From Squalus acanthias (taxonomy: Eukaryota), in the NCBI GenBank assembly GCA_030390025.1, contig CM059432.1, forward strand, positions 151,716,001 through 151,780,000: a stretch of DNA of 64,000 nucleotides, written 5' to 3'. The notes beneath the pieces were generated by a model, which saw only the letters and a program-made list of their open reading frames with translations, was not told where the DNA came from and made no database searches. The position numbers were made by a program, and so were the translations under genes. This document shows positions 27,101 through 39,614 of this stretch, one piece after another. The first letter of the stretch is position 1, and every line of letters starts with the position of its first letter.

Positions 27101-28469
27101 CTAAAATTTTTCACCCATTGAATTATCCCCTGAAAGGGCTGAAATATCAAATGCAACATTTTGATTTATACTCCAGAGAAATCGCAGTTCATCTCAACAG
27201 TTAGTTTTAACTTTAAATACCTGATTCTCAAGATTTTTAAATTCACAATCCTCGGTTTTTTTTACACATCCTCCACGATCTTACCTTGCCCTACCCTACC
27301 TCTTCTATTTGTACAGCCCAATTTATGCCCTTTAGTTTTCAGGCTCTGGCCTCCTTTGCATCCCTCCCTCCACTCTATCAGTGATGGCAACAGTCTTGAG
27401 CTGTCTCAGTCCTACTCTCTTGAACTCCTTCCCCAAATTCCTATGCCTTGTTATTTCTTTAAGAGCCACCTCAAAACTCATCTCTTCAGCTATTCTTTCG
27501 GTCATTTTTCCTAATGCAGAAAATTTAGGACAGGTATATACTGTCCAGTGTGTCTGTATTTTCAGATGGTGCCTGGATATGTGTGAATGTTTGCAGGAGG
27601 TTCCAGGCAGAGAAGTTTGAATACCATTACTGTAGAATTGGTTTGATGCAGATGCTTCTCAACAGAAGAGGCTTGACATATTCTGTGATGGAACTCAGAG
27701 CTAGAGAAATTAGTTTCAGCAGTGTCTTACGGGAGGGAGTTTTATGATGCATTCTGTCTCTTCGTTCAGTTCCTGAGAATTCTGCAGAAGGCTCGGGCAG
27801 GGTGTTATAATCCTGATAACCGTGGGATGAGGAAAGCCCCAAAGATGAGTGTGTATTGACCTTTGGCACAACTTTGCCCTTTACCTTGAGGCTGACCTTG
27901 AAGAAAATAGGTTTAACTGAGGGGTTCTTGGCTCTAAACCGTCAGAATATTTCCATCCTAAAATCACATCATGTAGAGTGGCAGAAATCTGTCATGTGTT
28001 GACATATTTCTTCAAACTCATTATCTCAACAGAAGGAAAAATTGCAAAACCATTTTTTTCTCTCCACTTCTCTTTCCTTTAGGCACCTCAGACTGTGGTA
28101 TGTTTCCATGGGTGCTGGCAGCCTCACCCATATGGCCATTTTTAAGACGAGTGTTGATGGTCTGTTTGAAATGGGAATGATTGAAAGAATCACAGCTGAG
28201 CTGACTCTGTCTCACTTGCAAACCATGTTTTCTTGCAATGACCAGAAAGTGATGGAAAGTGACCAATCAGGAATGGGAACCCTGTTTTCCATTTTCTGCC
28301 TCTTAAGCAAGTGGGCGCTAAGGCCAGTTATACTCCCATTGCTGAGATTTGTTCACTCACATCAAGACTAAGGATCAGGCCAGCACTTTTCCAATCTGTG
28401 TTGTTCAGCTGCACACCAACGGTGCTGAGAGAGATACAATTGACCCCGGTGAACACACCAAAATAAGAG

Positions 28470-31400
28470 TAAGAACGGCACAAATAAACGGAATGAATGG
28501 ATTAGGAAAAAAAGGGAGGCTTTTAGCAGATACAAAGGACTAAAAACAGTGGAAGCCCTAGAGGAGTATAGAAAGTGCAGGGCGGTACTTAAAACAGAAA
28601 TGAGGAGAGCGAAGAGGGGGCATGAAATAACACTGGCGGGCAAAATAAAGGAAAATCCCAAGGTGTTTTATAAGTATATTAAGGGCAAGAGGATAACCAG
28701 GGAAAGAGTAGGGCCCATTAGGGACCAAAGTGGCAATCTGTGTGTCGAGCCAGAAGATGTAGGTGAGGTTTTAAATGAATATTTGCATCTGTGTTCACTA
28801 TGGAGAAGGGTGATGTAGGCATAGAAATCAGGCAGGGGGATTGTGATATACTTGAACAAATTAGTATTGAGAGGGAGGAGGTACTAGCGGTTTTAGCGGG
28901 CTTAAAAGTGGATAAATCCCCAGGCCCAGACGAGATGTATCCCAGGCTGCTGTGTGAGGCAAGGGAGCAGATTGCAGGGGCTCTGACACAAATTTTCAGA
29001 ACCTCTCTGGCCACAGGGGAGGTGCCAGAGGACTGGAGAACAGCTGATGTAGTACCATTATTCAAGAAGGGTAGTAGGGATAAACCAGGTAATTACAGGC
29101 CAGTGAGCCTAACATCAGTGGTAGGGAAATTATTGGAAAAAATTCTGAGGGACAGAATTAGTCTCCACTTGGAGAGGCAAGGATTAATCAAGGATAGTCA
29201 GCATGGCTTTGTCAGGGGGAGATCATGTCTGACCAATTTGATTGAATTTTTCGAGGGGGTGACTAGGTGTGTGGATGAGGGTAACATAGAAACATAGAAC
29301 AGTACAGCACAGTACAGGCCCTTCGGCCCTCGATGTTGTGCCGAGCATTGTCCGAGACCAAGATCAAGCTATCACACTCCCTATCACTCTGGTGTGCTCC
29401 ATGTGCTTATCCAATAACCGCTTGAAAGTTCCTAAAGTGTCCGACTCCACTATCACAGCAGGCAGTCCATTCCACACCCCAACCACTCTCTGAGTAAAGA
29501 ATCTACCTCGGACATCCCTTCTATATCTCCCCCCATGCACCTTATAGTTTTGCCCCCTTGTAACAGCTGCCTCTACCCGAGGAAATAGTCTCTGAACATC
29601 CACTCTATCTATCCCCCTCATCATCTTATAAACCTCTATTAAGTCGCCTCTCATCCTCCTCCGCTCTAAAGAGAAAAGCCCCAACTCCCTCAATCTTTCC
29701 TCATAAGACCTCCCCCCCCAAACCAGGCAGCATCCTGGTAAATCTCCTTTGCACTCTTTCCAATGCTTCCACGTCCTTCCTATAGTGAGGTGACCAGAAC
29801 TGCACACAATATTCCAAATGTGGTCTCACCAAGGTCCTGTACAGTTGCAGCATAACCTCACGGTTCTTAAACTCAAACCCTCTGTTAATAAACGCCAACA
29901 CACCATAGGCCTTCTTTACTGCTCTATCCACTTGAGTGGCAGCCTTCAGAGATCTGTGGATATGAACCCCCAGATCCCTCTGCTCCTCCACGTTCCTCAG
30001 AACCCTGCCGTTGACCCTGTAATCCTTATTCAAATTTGCCCTACCAAAATGAATCACCTCGCACTTATCAGGGTTAAATTCCATCTGCCATTTTTCAGCC
30101 CAGCTCTGCATCCTATCAATGTCTCTTTGCAGCCTACAACAGCCCTCCACCTCATCCACTGCTCCACCAATCTTGGTGTCATCAGCAAATTTACTGATCC
30201 ACCCTTCAGTCCCCTCCTCCAAGTCATTGATAAAAATCACAAACAGCAGAGGACCCAGCACCGACCCCTGTGGCACACCGCTGGTAACTGGTCTCCAGTC
30301 CGAAAATGTTCCATCCACCACCACCCTCTGCCTTCTATGAGATAGCCAGTTACTTATCCAATCGGCCAAATTTCCCTCTATCCCACAACTCCTTACTTTC
30401 TTCATGAGACGACCATGGGGAACCTTATCAAACGCCTTACTAAAATCCATGTATACGACATCAACTGCTCTACCTTCATCTACACACTTAGTTACCTCCT
30501 CAAAGAATTCAATCAAATTTGTTAGGCAAGACTTACCCTTCACGAATCCGTGTTGACTTTCCCTGATTAAGTTGCCCCTTTCCAAATGGTCATAAATCCT
30601 ATCCCTCAGGACCTTTTCCATTATCTTACCAACCACCGAAGTAAGACTAACCGGCCTATAATTACCAGGGTCATTCCTATTTCCTTTCTTGAAGAGAGGA
30701 ACAACATTCGCCACTCTCCAGTCCTCTGGCACCATTCCCGTGGACAGTGAGGACCCAAAGATCAAAGCCAGAGGCTCTGCAATCTCCTCCCTTGCCTCCC
30801 AAAGAATCCTAGGATATATCCCATCTGGCCCAGGGGACTTATCGACCCTCAGGTTCTTCAAAATTGCTAAAACATCTTCCCTCAGAACATCTACCACCTC
30901 CAGCCTATCCACCTTTATCACACTCTCATCCTCAAGAACATGGCCCCTCTCCTCGCTGAACACTGACGAAAAGTATTCATTCATCACCTCTCCTATCTCT
31001 TCTGACTCCATGCACAAGTTCCCACTACTGTCCTTGACCGGCCCTACCCTCACCCTGGTCATTCTTTTATTTCTCACATAAGAGTAAAAGGCCTTGGGGT
31101 TTTTCTTGATCCGACCCGCCAAGGACTTCTCATGCCCCCTCCTAGCTCTCCTAAGCTCTTTTTTTAGCTCATTCCTTGCTACCTTGTACCCCTCAATCGA
31201 CCCAACTGAACCTTGTTTTCTCATCCTTACATACGCTTCCTTTTTCCTCTTGACTAGACATTCAACCTCTTTTGTGAACCATGGTTCTCTCACTCGGCCA
31301 TTTCCTCCCTGCCTGACAGGGACATACCTATCAAGGACACGCAGTAATTGCTCCATGAAAAAGCTCCACTTTTCGTTTGTGCCTTTCCCTGATAGTTTCT

Positions 31401-34127
31401 GTTCCCATCTTATACTCCCTAATTCTTGCCTAATCGCATCATAATTACCCCTCCCCCAATTATAAACCGTGCCCTGCCGTATGGCCCTATCCCTCTCCAT
31501 TGCAATAGTGAAAGTTACCGAATTGTGGTCACTATCTCCAAAGTGCTCTCCCACATACAAATCAAACACTTGGCCCGGTTCATTACCCAGTACCAAATCC
31601 AACGTGGCCCCAGCTCTTGTCGGCCTATCCACATATTGTGTCAGGAAACCCTCCTGCACACACTGTGCAAAAACTATCCCATCCGAACTGTTTGACCTAT
31701 AAAGTTCCAATCAATATTTGGAAAGTTGAAGTCACCCATGACAACTACTCTGTGACCTCCACACCTATTCATAATCTGCTTTGCAATTTCTTCCTCCACA
31801 TCTCTATTACTATTTGGGGGCCTGTAGAAAACTCCTAACAACGTGACCGCTCCTTTCCTATTTCTAACTTCAGCCCATATTACCTCAGACGGCAGATCCC
31901 CCTCGAACTGCCTTTCTGCCGCTGTTAAACTATCCTTGATTAACAATGCTACTCCTCCACCTTTCTTACCAACTTCCCTACTCTTACTGAAACATCTATA
32001 CCCCGGAACTTCCAACAACCATTCCTATCCCTGTTCTAACCATGTCTCCGTAATGGCCACCACATCGTAGTCCCAAGTACCAATCCACGCTCCAAGTTCT
32101 CCTACCTTATTCCGGATGCTCCTTGCATTGAAGTAGACACACTTCAAGCCATCTTCCTGTCTGCCGGTACATTCCTGCGACCTTGATACCCTCCTCAGTA
32201 CCTCCCTACACTCACCACTGGCTCCTGGACTACAGCCCTTTTTCCCATCCCCCTGACAAATTAGTTTAAACCCCCCCGAAGAGCCGTAGCAAATTTCCCT
32301 CCCAGGATATTGGTGCCCCTCTGGTTCAGGTGCAAACCGTCCTGTTTGTACAGGTCCCACCTTCCCCAGAATGTGCTCCAATTATCCACATAACTGAAAC
32401 CCTCCCCGCTACACCATCCCTGCAGCCACGTGTTTATCTGCACTCTCTCCCTGTTCCTCAACTCGCTAGCACGTGGCACCGGCAACAAACCAGAAATTAC
32501 AACATGGTTTGTACTGGTTCTCAGCTTCCAACCTAGCTCCCTAAATTCCTGTTTTAAATCCCCGTCCCTTCTCCTACCTATGTCGTTGGTACCGATGTGT
32601 ACCACGACTTGTGATTGTTCCCCCTCCCCTTTGAGGATTCTGAAAACACGGTCCGAGACGTCACGGACCCTGGCACCCGGGAGGCAACATACCATCCGTG
32701 AGTCTCTTTTGCTGCCACAGAACCTCCTATCTGTCCCTCTGACTATTGAGTCCCCAATAACTATTGCTCTCCTGCTCTCCCCCCTTCCCTTCTGAGCCAC
32801 AGGGACGGACCCAGCGCCGGAGATCCGGTCACCATGGCTTACCACTGGTAAGTCGTCCCCCTCAACAGTATTCAAAGCGGTATACCTGTTACTGAGGGGA
32901 ACAACCACAGAGGATCCCTGCACTGACTGCACTAGTGCAGTTGATGTGGTCTACATGGACTTCAGTAAGGCTTTTGGCAAAGTCCCGCATGGGAGACTGG
33001 TCAAGAAGGTAAGAGCCCATGGGATCCAGGGCAACTTGGCACATTGGATCCAAAATTGGTTTAGTGGCAGGAGGCAGAGGGTGATGGTCGAAGGTTGTTT
33101 TTGTGACTGGAAGCCTGTGTCCAGTGGAGTACCGCAGGGATCGGTGCTGGGTCCTTTGCTGTTTGTAGTGTACATTAATGATTTAGATATGAATGTAGGA
33201 GGTATGATCAGTAAGTTCGCAGATGACACGAAAATTGGTGGGGTTGTAAATAGCGAGGAGGGAAGCCTCAGGCTACAGGACGATATAGACAGGTTGGTAA
33301 GATGGGCAGAACAGTGGCAAATGGAATTTAACCCTGAAAAGTGTGAGGTGATGCATTTTGGGAGGAGTAACAAGGCAAGGGAATGCACAATGAATGGTAG
33401 GACCCTAGGAAGGACAGAGGATCAGAGGGACCTTGGTGTGCATGTACATAGATCCCTGAAGGCAGCAGGACAGGTAGATAAGGTGGTTATAAAGGCATAT
33501 GGGATACTTGCCTTCATTAGCCGAGGCATAGAATATAAGAGCAGGGAGGTTATGATGGAGCTGTACAAAACGCTAGTTAGGCCACAGCTGGAATACTGTG
33601 TGCAGTTCTGGTCGCTACACTGTAGGAAGGATGTGATTGCATTGGAGAGGGTGCAGAGGAGATTCACCAGGATGTTACCTGGGCTGGAGCGCTTCAGCTA
33701 TGAAGAGAGACTGGACAGGCTGGGGTTGTTTTCCTTAGAGCAGAGAAGGCTGAGGGGGGACCTGATTGAGGTGTACAAAATTATGAGGGGCATAGATAGG
33801 GTAGATAGAAAGGAACTTTTCCCCTTAGTAGAGGGGTCAATAACCAGGGGGTATAGTTTCAAGGTAAGGGGCAGGAGGTTTAGAGGGGATTTGAGGGAAA
33901 ACTTTTTCACCCAGAGGGTGGTTGGAATCTGGAACTCACTGCCTGAAAGGGTGGTAGAGGCAGGAACCCTCACAACATTCAAGAAGCATTTAGATGAGCA
34001 CTTGAAACGCCATAGCATACAAGGCTACGGACCAAGTGCTGGAAAATGGGATTAGAATAGACAGGGCTTGATGGCCGGCGTGGACACGATGGGCTGAAGG
34101 GCCTCTTTCTGTGCTGTCTAACTCTGT
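28470..34127 (+). mobile_element. CR1 LINE (host), RT region split by a nested CR1
   Basis: ORF 28791-29297 ends RCVDEG; continues as SAVDVVYMDFSKAF in 369-aa ORF 32946-34055 (FADD motif) to 3' tail. Confidence 0.93.
29284..32932 (-). mobile_element. Young nested CR1 LINE: ORF1 esterase (32261-32932) and near-intact ORF2
   Basis: VIGDSIVRG/GTNDI/DGLHLN; 669-aa ORF 29701-31710 with RT (FADDTK); (TTCTATG)-type tail; TA on both flanks. Confidence 0.95.
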
Positions 34128-35020
34128 GGGGGAGAAATTCAGTATCGCCCCATTTGGGGCGCAATTATCGGCCGGGCGCAAAGATTAGCGCCTGGCGCTA
34201 ATTATCGCCACCGACTGCAAACTTGACTTTTATCGCCCCTGGAGGTGATTGCAGCGCTATATCAGGCGCTTCACACCTGTCTTAAGGCGCAAAGGCCGAG
34301 GAGCGAGGCACTACCTCAGAGCGCTGGCGAAGCTCATGTAACGTCAGTCAGCAATGGAACACACACACAATTGCACGGGCCAGTTCTTAAAGGGGATGGT
34401 TAATCTTGCTTTCCATCCACATCCTGCTCATTGCAGCCTTGAATCTCGGCCTGCAGAGACCTGCACATCAAATGTGCTGGAAAGAACAATGGAGAGTACC
34501 AGGCCAAGAGCTCAGAATGCAGCCCCCAAAGTCTCTGCTAAATCGATACAAGGAATGGCAAATCAAAATGAACCTGCAAAGTGCTGCTCAGTACCCAAAA
34601 CTCCTTCACACAACGTTGAATCTCTCCAGAAGTCTCTCCCTCTCTCTCTCAGAATGCGTAGTTCAAAAATGGCACCAACAATAAAAGGCAGGAAGCGGTC
34701 ACCTTTAAATAGCGCTCCCCCTTTCCCTTCATGACTGCAGAACGCTCCCCTCAACCTGTCGTTGCTAGCGTCAGGCGGTAAGGCAGGGGGCGCCACTCAA
34801 TATCCGCTCCGGGGCGATACCGGGGCGTTGCGCACTCGAGTGATGTCATGATCTGCCGGCGCAGGAGATCGTGGCGGTAGTGTTTAGCGCCGCCGCAAAA
34901 TGTCTCGTTAATTTCGCGAGCGGCGCAAACTTCGCCGCGCCTGGGCGCTAGATGCTTTGCGCCCCATTAGCGCCCTCTTAAGGCGCTAATGGGAGGTGCA
35001 ACCAACTGAATTTTTCCCCC
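34128..35020. mobile_element. Non-autonomous Harbinger-like DNA transposon (MITE family B)
   Basis: TIRs GGGGGAGAAATTCAG / CTGAATTTTTCCCCC; CpG-rich arms with repeated GGCGC/TAGCGCC motifs; sits in CR1 tail microsatellite. Confidence 0.75.
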
Positions 35021-36928
35021 ATTGACTCTATGATTGAAGCAGAATAAAATTGAAGAAATATGGCAATAAAAAAACTTTACGTTTGACAAGAAATACATCT
35101 AGCTTTTGTGAGTTCATAAATTAAATGTGTTCCTTATGATGCTTGAGATTCTTTGTGGCAGTATTTCAAATTCACTTTTGTTAATGTTATTTACAGGAGC
35201 TAAGTACTCCCAGGTTGAATGAAGGTTGATTGGTATCCTAAAATGATCTCCAAGTTTGTTTCACTGCACATCTAAACATTGACTAATTGGTTCTGGTTGT
35301 CTTCTACAGTTAACCTGCATTTTGGCAGCATGACCAACATTTCAAAAGACTAAATTTAAAGAGTTTAGCTCCTGTTTAAACTGGTTAACTCTTTGGTAAA
35401 TTTTCTAAAACATTCTGCTGAATGCACAGAAAGGATATTCTGTGTTTGTTCTGATTTGTATAAAGGACAAATTAAAATGAATTTAAGTTACTATACATAA
35501 ATTTCTAAATTTGATATTTCCCCTGTTCAAATCAAAAATAAAACAAGGCGGTGTTGCACAAATGTGCTGCACCTTGAAGTGTAAATTCACTTAGACTTGT
35601 GGATCTCAGTTGTAGAAACATGCTGAATACCAGGCTTGGGTGCTTTTCCACATGGACAGAAAGAAGGTTGGAGGGCAGAGTCTGTCAAGTCTTACAAATG
35701 CACTTGTAAATGGATTTAGTGCATCATTGGCAGGAGTTTGGACGCACTCACTCATCTATCATCTTGGCTGAGGTGATATATGGCAGAATTAGCTTGTGTC
35801 ATGTTTAAATTACTGCACTTTAATATAAATTGAGCAGTATACATTTCTTTGTGGGCAGGAAAAAACACCTTTTATTCGCTGCTTCCAGGGATAAAGCAAT
35901 GTGGATGGAAAACTTAAATAGCTACAAGCCGTAGGCACACTCGATGTTGCTGGCTTCCATTAACATTGATGGAGATATGTCATAGTCACTGCATATTGTG
36001 GAACTCTTCCCACTGAAAGCGGTTCCAGAATAGAAATAGGGTATTAAAGAGGAATCTTGTTCCATTTAATCCTCTTTTCCCATCCCCCAATCCAAGGTGT
36101 AAAATTGGCTGCAATTGATCTGAGAAACAATGCCATTTGATAGGTTCTTAACTAACATTTTATGCATACTATTAAGTTCTTAAATACTGTTAAGTACAAA
36201 GCTTGAATGGTTTCTGATAGACAGATTGCTAAATTTGTTACAATTTCAAATTCATTTAAATAAGGCTTTCAGTATTTGTTCATTTCACTCCAGTACATTG
36301 TTTTTGAATTCTGTATTGTCCTTTTGGATGCTGAAACTGGATAAATGTGTCTCCAGAATTGAATATTAAAAAATCTCGACTATTGATACTTAATATTAAG
36401 ATTTCATTGTGTGTAAAGGCTTTGAGAAACTGATTAGGATGCAAAACAACACAACTGGGCCCCACCCTGTTCATTGGCATTCATTAATGAAATCTCAGCT
36501 TCCGCAGCACAGAACCCAAAGCTCAAGCTTGTGCAGTTATATCAGCACAGCTGTGCTGTAGGCCAGCAATTAAAAAATCTCTTCAGTGACACAGGCAGCA
36601 ATATTGTATTTTGTATTATGCAGTATTTATTGGTTGGCTAAAATGAAAAGCTGCTCCCAGCTTAATGTACAAAATGAAAGGTGTCCCACTAATGAAAGAC
36701 GTTTTACTATTGATTATTGAAGTAACATTAGCTGTGTAACTGAAGCATGCTAAAGGAAATAAGATATAGAAAACCATACAGCTTCTATACTTTTAGACTC
36801 GAGTGCTAGATCATATTTCAACTGAGCAAGGTTTATCTAGGAGAATCTGCAATAAAGGAATTGCAATTGTGTATGAGAACAGGATTTATATGCATGAGGA
36901 ATTTTCATCTCTTATCCGGCACTGGCTG

Positions 36929-36962
36929 TATAAAATGATGTCATCTCTTAGCTGATTGGCTG
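36929..36962 (+). promoter_or_regulatory. Putative internal promoter of the CLASP2-beta isoform
   Basis: TATAAAA 36929-36935, CRE/ATF-like TGATGTCA 36936-36943, reverse CCAAT box GCTGATTGGCTG 36951-36962, ~200 bp upstream of the beta ATG. Confidence 0.5.
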
Positions 36963-37145
36963 CTGAGCACCCAGTGAAGGGAGAAAGGGTAAAGATGCCG
37001 GAATAAACCTCTGTTGTATTCATGGCGAGTATTTTGAGATGGGGATGTGAATTGATTGTTATTAGAAATTGACTTACACTTGGTCATGTGATCTGTTGGT
37101 AGCTTCTCGCATGAGAGGAATTGACAGCATTTTTTTTAAAAAGGA

Positions 37146-37179
37146 ATGAGACGGCTGATTTGCAAGAGGATCTGTGCCT
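37146..37179 (+). CDS. CLASP2: CLASP2 beta-isoform alternative first coding exon (MRRLICKRICA+T)
   Basis: ATG AGA CGG CTG ATT TGC AAG AGG ATC TGT GCC T|gtaagt; splicing to 37586 gives MRRLICKRICAYKSFDDEES, matching mammalian CLASP2-beta MRRLICKRICDYKSFDDEES as remembered. Confidence 0.9.
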
Positions 37180-37585
37180 GTAAGTTGCAGAATCTGGGTG
37201 GAAAAGGCAGAGAGCTGGTGACACAAAGTGGGAGGATGTGTAGGCTGGAGCACATACAAAAGCAGCAGAAACAAGGATTTGCTTCACGAGTCCTTTTTGG
37301 CATTTAAAGCAGGATTTAAAATGTAAATAAAATAGATTGGTATGCAGATTTACTCCAGTCTGGGTTGAAGTGCTTGATATGTAGGATGCAAAAGGCTAGA
37401 TTAATGCTGCCTCACCAGGGTGGGTATTTTTTCATTTTCATTTTACAGTCACACTTGTCATGGAGAATGAAAATCATAGTAATGATTGGTATTGATTATT
37501 TTTCTTTTAACGAGAACTAGAAGTGATAGCTGGTTATTCAAGGTTTACTGTAGCTTTAATATTTTGTGTGCTTTTTTTTTAAAAG

Positions 37586-37726
37586 ATAAAAGCTTTGATG
37601 ATGAGGAGTCTGTGGATGGAAACAGACCATCAGCCAGTTCTACATTTAAGGTATCTGCTACTAAGAAAATGGGAAGTGCAAGCATTGGTGGCAAAAGATC
37701 AGCCTCTGCACCCGGATCTAAATCAG
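37586..37726 (+). CDS. CLASP2: CLASP2 internal exon (linker between TOG1 and TOG2), 141 bp, phase 1-1
   Basis: Poly-T tract + AAG acceptor, G|gtacag donor; (D/Y)KSFDDEESVDGNRPSASSTFKVSATKKMGSASIGGKRSASAPGSKS. Confidence 0.93.
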
Positions 37727-38240
37727 GTACAGTGGGACTGGTGTTCTATTTTTTTATTGCTTTTAATAACGTGACTTGTCTTTCAAGTGCAGATTTAATT
37801 GGCATGAATATTGAAGGGACAATTTATATTTCTTTTGTGAGGAAGATGAAAAGGCAAATAATCACCTGTTCAGTTTATTTTTCTAAAAACATTTCCTTGT
37901 ATTTGATGAGGTACCTGAACAACCAGAGATGACTTTCACAGGGATAGATGTTTGAAGGTATCCATTCTGTGGTTGCTGGGAATGCTGTGTGGAAAAAATA
38001 TTTAGTGTACTCACCAGCAGCAAATTTCCTGAACCTTATGAAGAAGTGTTATCTGCTGAATTGTACCTCTTATACTAAATCAAATACCAGTACAGTATTG
38101 ACTTAAAGGGGAAAGAAAGTGAAGATGTATTATTTGTTCAAAATAGTGCCCTTTTCATAGATTTTTTCTTTAATGTAAATTTTCCAGCTGTTCCTTGTGT
38201 CCCTTGAGTAGTGTCTCCCTCCCTGCTAGGCCACGCCAAT

Positions 38241-38700
38241 GATTTCAGTTCTGGAGAGCATCTTTGTGAGTCTCGAGTGGTTCCATAGTACAGAATGTGA
38301 GGCTTAACTTCAAACTGGCCTGAGAGCCACTCTGAAGCCTACTGGGCCCGAGCACACCAAGCTGGAAAATTTGTATGGTGTCCTGGGTTAGCTGGCATCT
38401 GGGTGGTTTCATTACAAAAAACGTGCGCCTCAGCTTCAAAGTGGCCACAGAGCCACTCTGGAACCGGCCCACCCTGGTAAAGCATGCTACAGGCGTACAA
38501 ATTTGCATGGTTTGTCAGTCAGCAAACTCCAGAGTGTCCTGCAGCTGGTTTGAAGTTGCAACTCCCTTGTTTGTAGTGGTGTTGCTCCGTGATGCTCTCT
38601 GTAATTGACATAATTGGAGCATTTTAGGAGGGAGGGCGACGCTAATGAAGTCTCTAGACCTCGACTGAAAATTGCTGTGTTTTTTCCAAGACGGAAATCT
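38241..38700. repeat. Possible old MITE containing a diverged ~125-bp internal duplication
   Basis: GATTTCAGTTCTGGA.../...TCCAAGACGGAAATC imperfect inverted ends; CTTCAAA..GGCC..AGAGCCACTCTG occurs at ~38308 and ~38434. Confidence 0.35.
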
Positions 38701-39614
38701 CAACTAAGAGCATAATTTTCTTCTTGGAAATATAAGTCTCCAACTCTGTCCACATTTTGCTTCACTACTTAGATCGATGTGAGAGTTTGCAATGCCCACT
38801 CATATATTGCTGTGGTGTGGAGGCAGATTATGTATATGTGTTTGCAGATACTGTACATGTATAATTGAATGCAGGTGCAGAGCACTGCTTTTCATTGTAT
38901 AACTGCGGTTAATACTTTGAACCACTACAGAGCTGCAGAAGGTGGTCAGCATTTTTGGTGTTAGAAAATGTACACCAGAGTTCAAATTGCTGTAGTTGAT
39001 GCATATTATTCAGTGTGCCACCTGTCAAATGCCTTCTGTACAGGCCTGTTTTACTGTAGCTTTGGCATTTCTTTGGCAACCAAGATGCTGGAATACTGTT
39101 GCCAAAAGTATATAGTATACTTACTTAGGCTTGAAGCAGGAATTTTGTGTAAAACTACTAGTTGTGACATCACAACGTTGCACACCTAGCTATTAATTTT
39201 TTTTGAAAAAGAGAGTCCATCTGTGATGTTCTCTGTGGAATATGATTGATTTATGGTTAACATTTTGACCTGATTAACCAGTTAGATACCTTCCAGTACA
39301 GTGACAGTTTGAACCAGCTTTAGTTCTGACCTCTGGCCCGATTCATGACTTTACCCTTCCTGAACTTGGGCTGCAGGTTTTGTTGTTCTCTGCTTCTTCC
39401 CACTTCCCTATGTACCTGTTCTGCCCTTCACACATTTACTTTCTTATCCTTCATCTGACTTGAGCTTCGAGTCTAGCTTGAAGCTGTTTTATTTCATTTT
39501 ACTCCTTTATAAAAGAAACAATTTGCATAGGACTCCAGACATAAATTGGCATAGGATATGAAAAAAGTCAGTGGAGCTGAGAGCAGATGCACAGAGGGCA
39601 ACCTGGAATAAGCC

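Noticed and set aside
17130..34018. Numerous ORFs antisense to CR1 copies
   Set aside because: Shadow frames of LINE coding sequence, recurring in each copy
1..37145. CLASP2-gamma first exon (MAMGD) and the upstream TOG1 exon
   Set aside because: Searched by eye and not found; probably upstream of the window or too diverged to see
37486..37932. 148-aa ORF as a standalone gene
   Set aside because: Only 37586-37726 is CLASP2-like and is bounded by splice sites; the rest is intronic read-through
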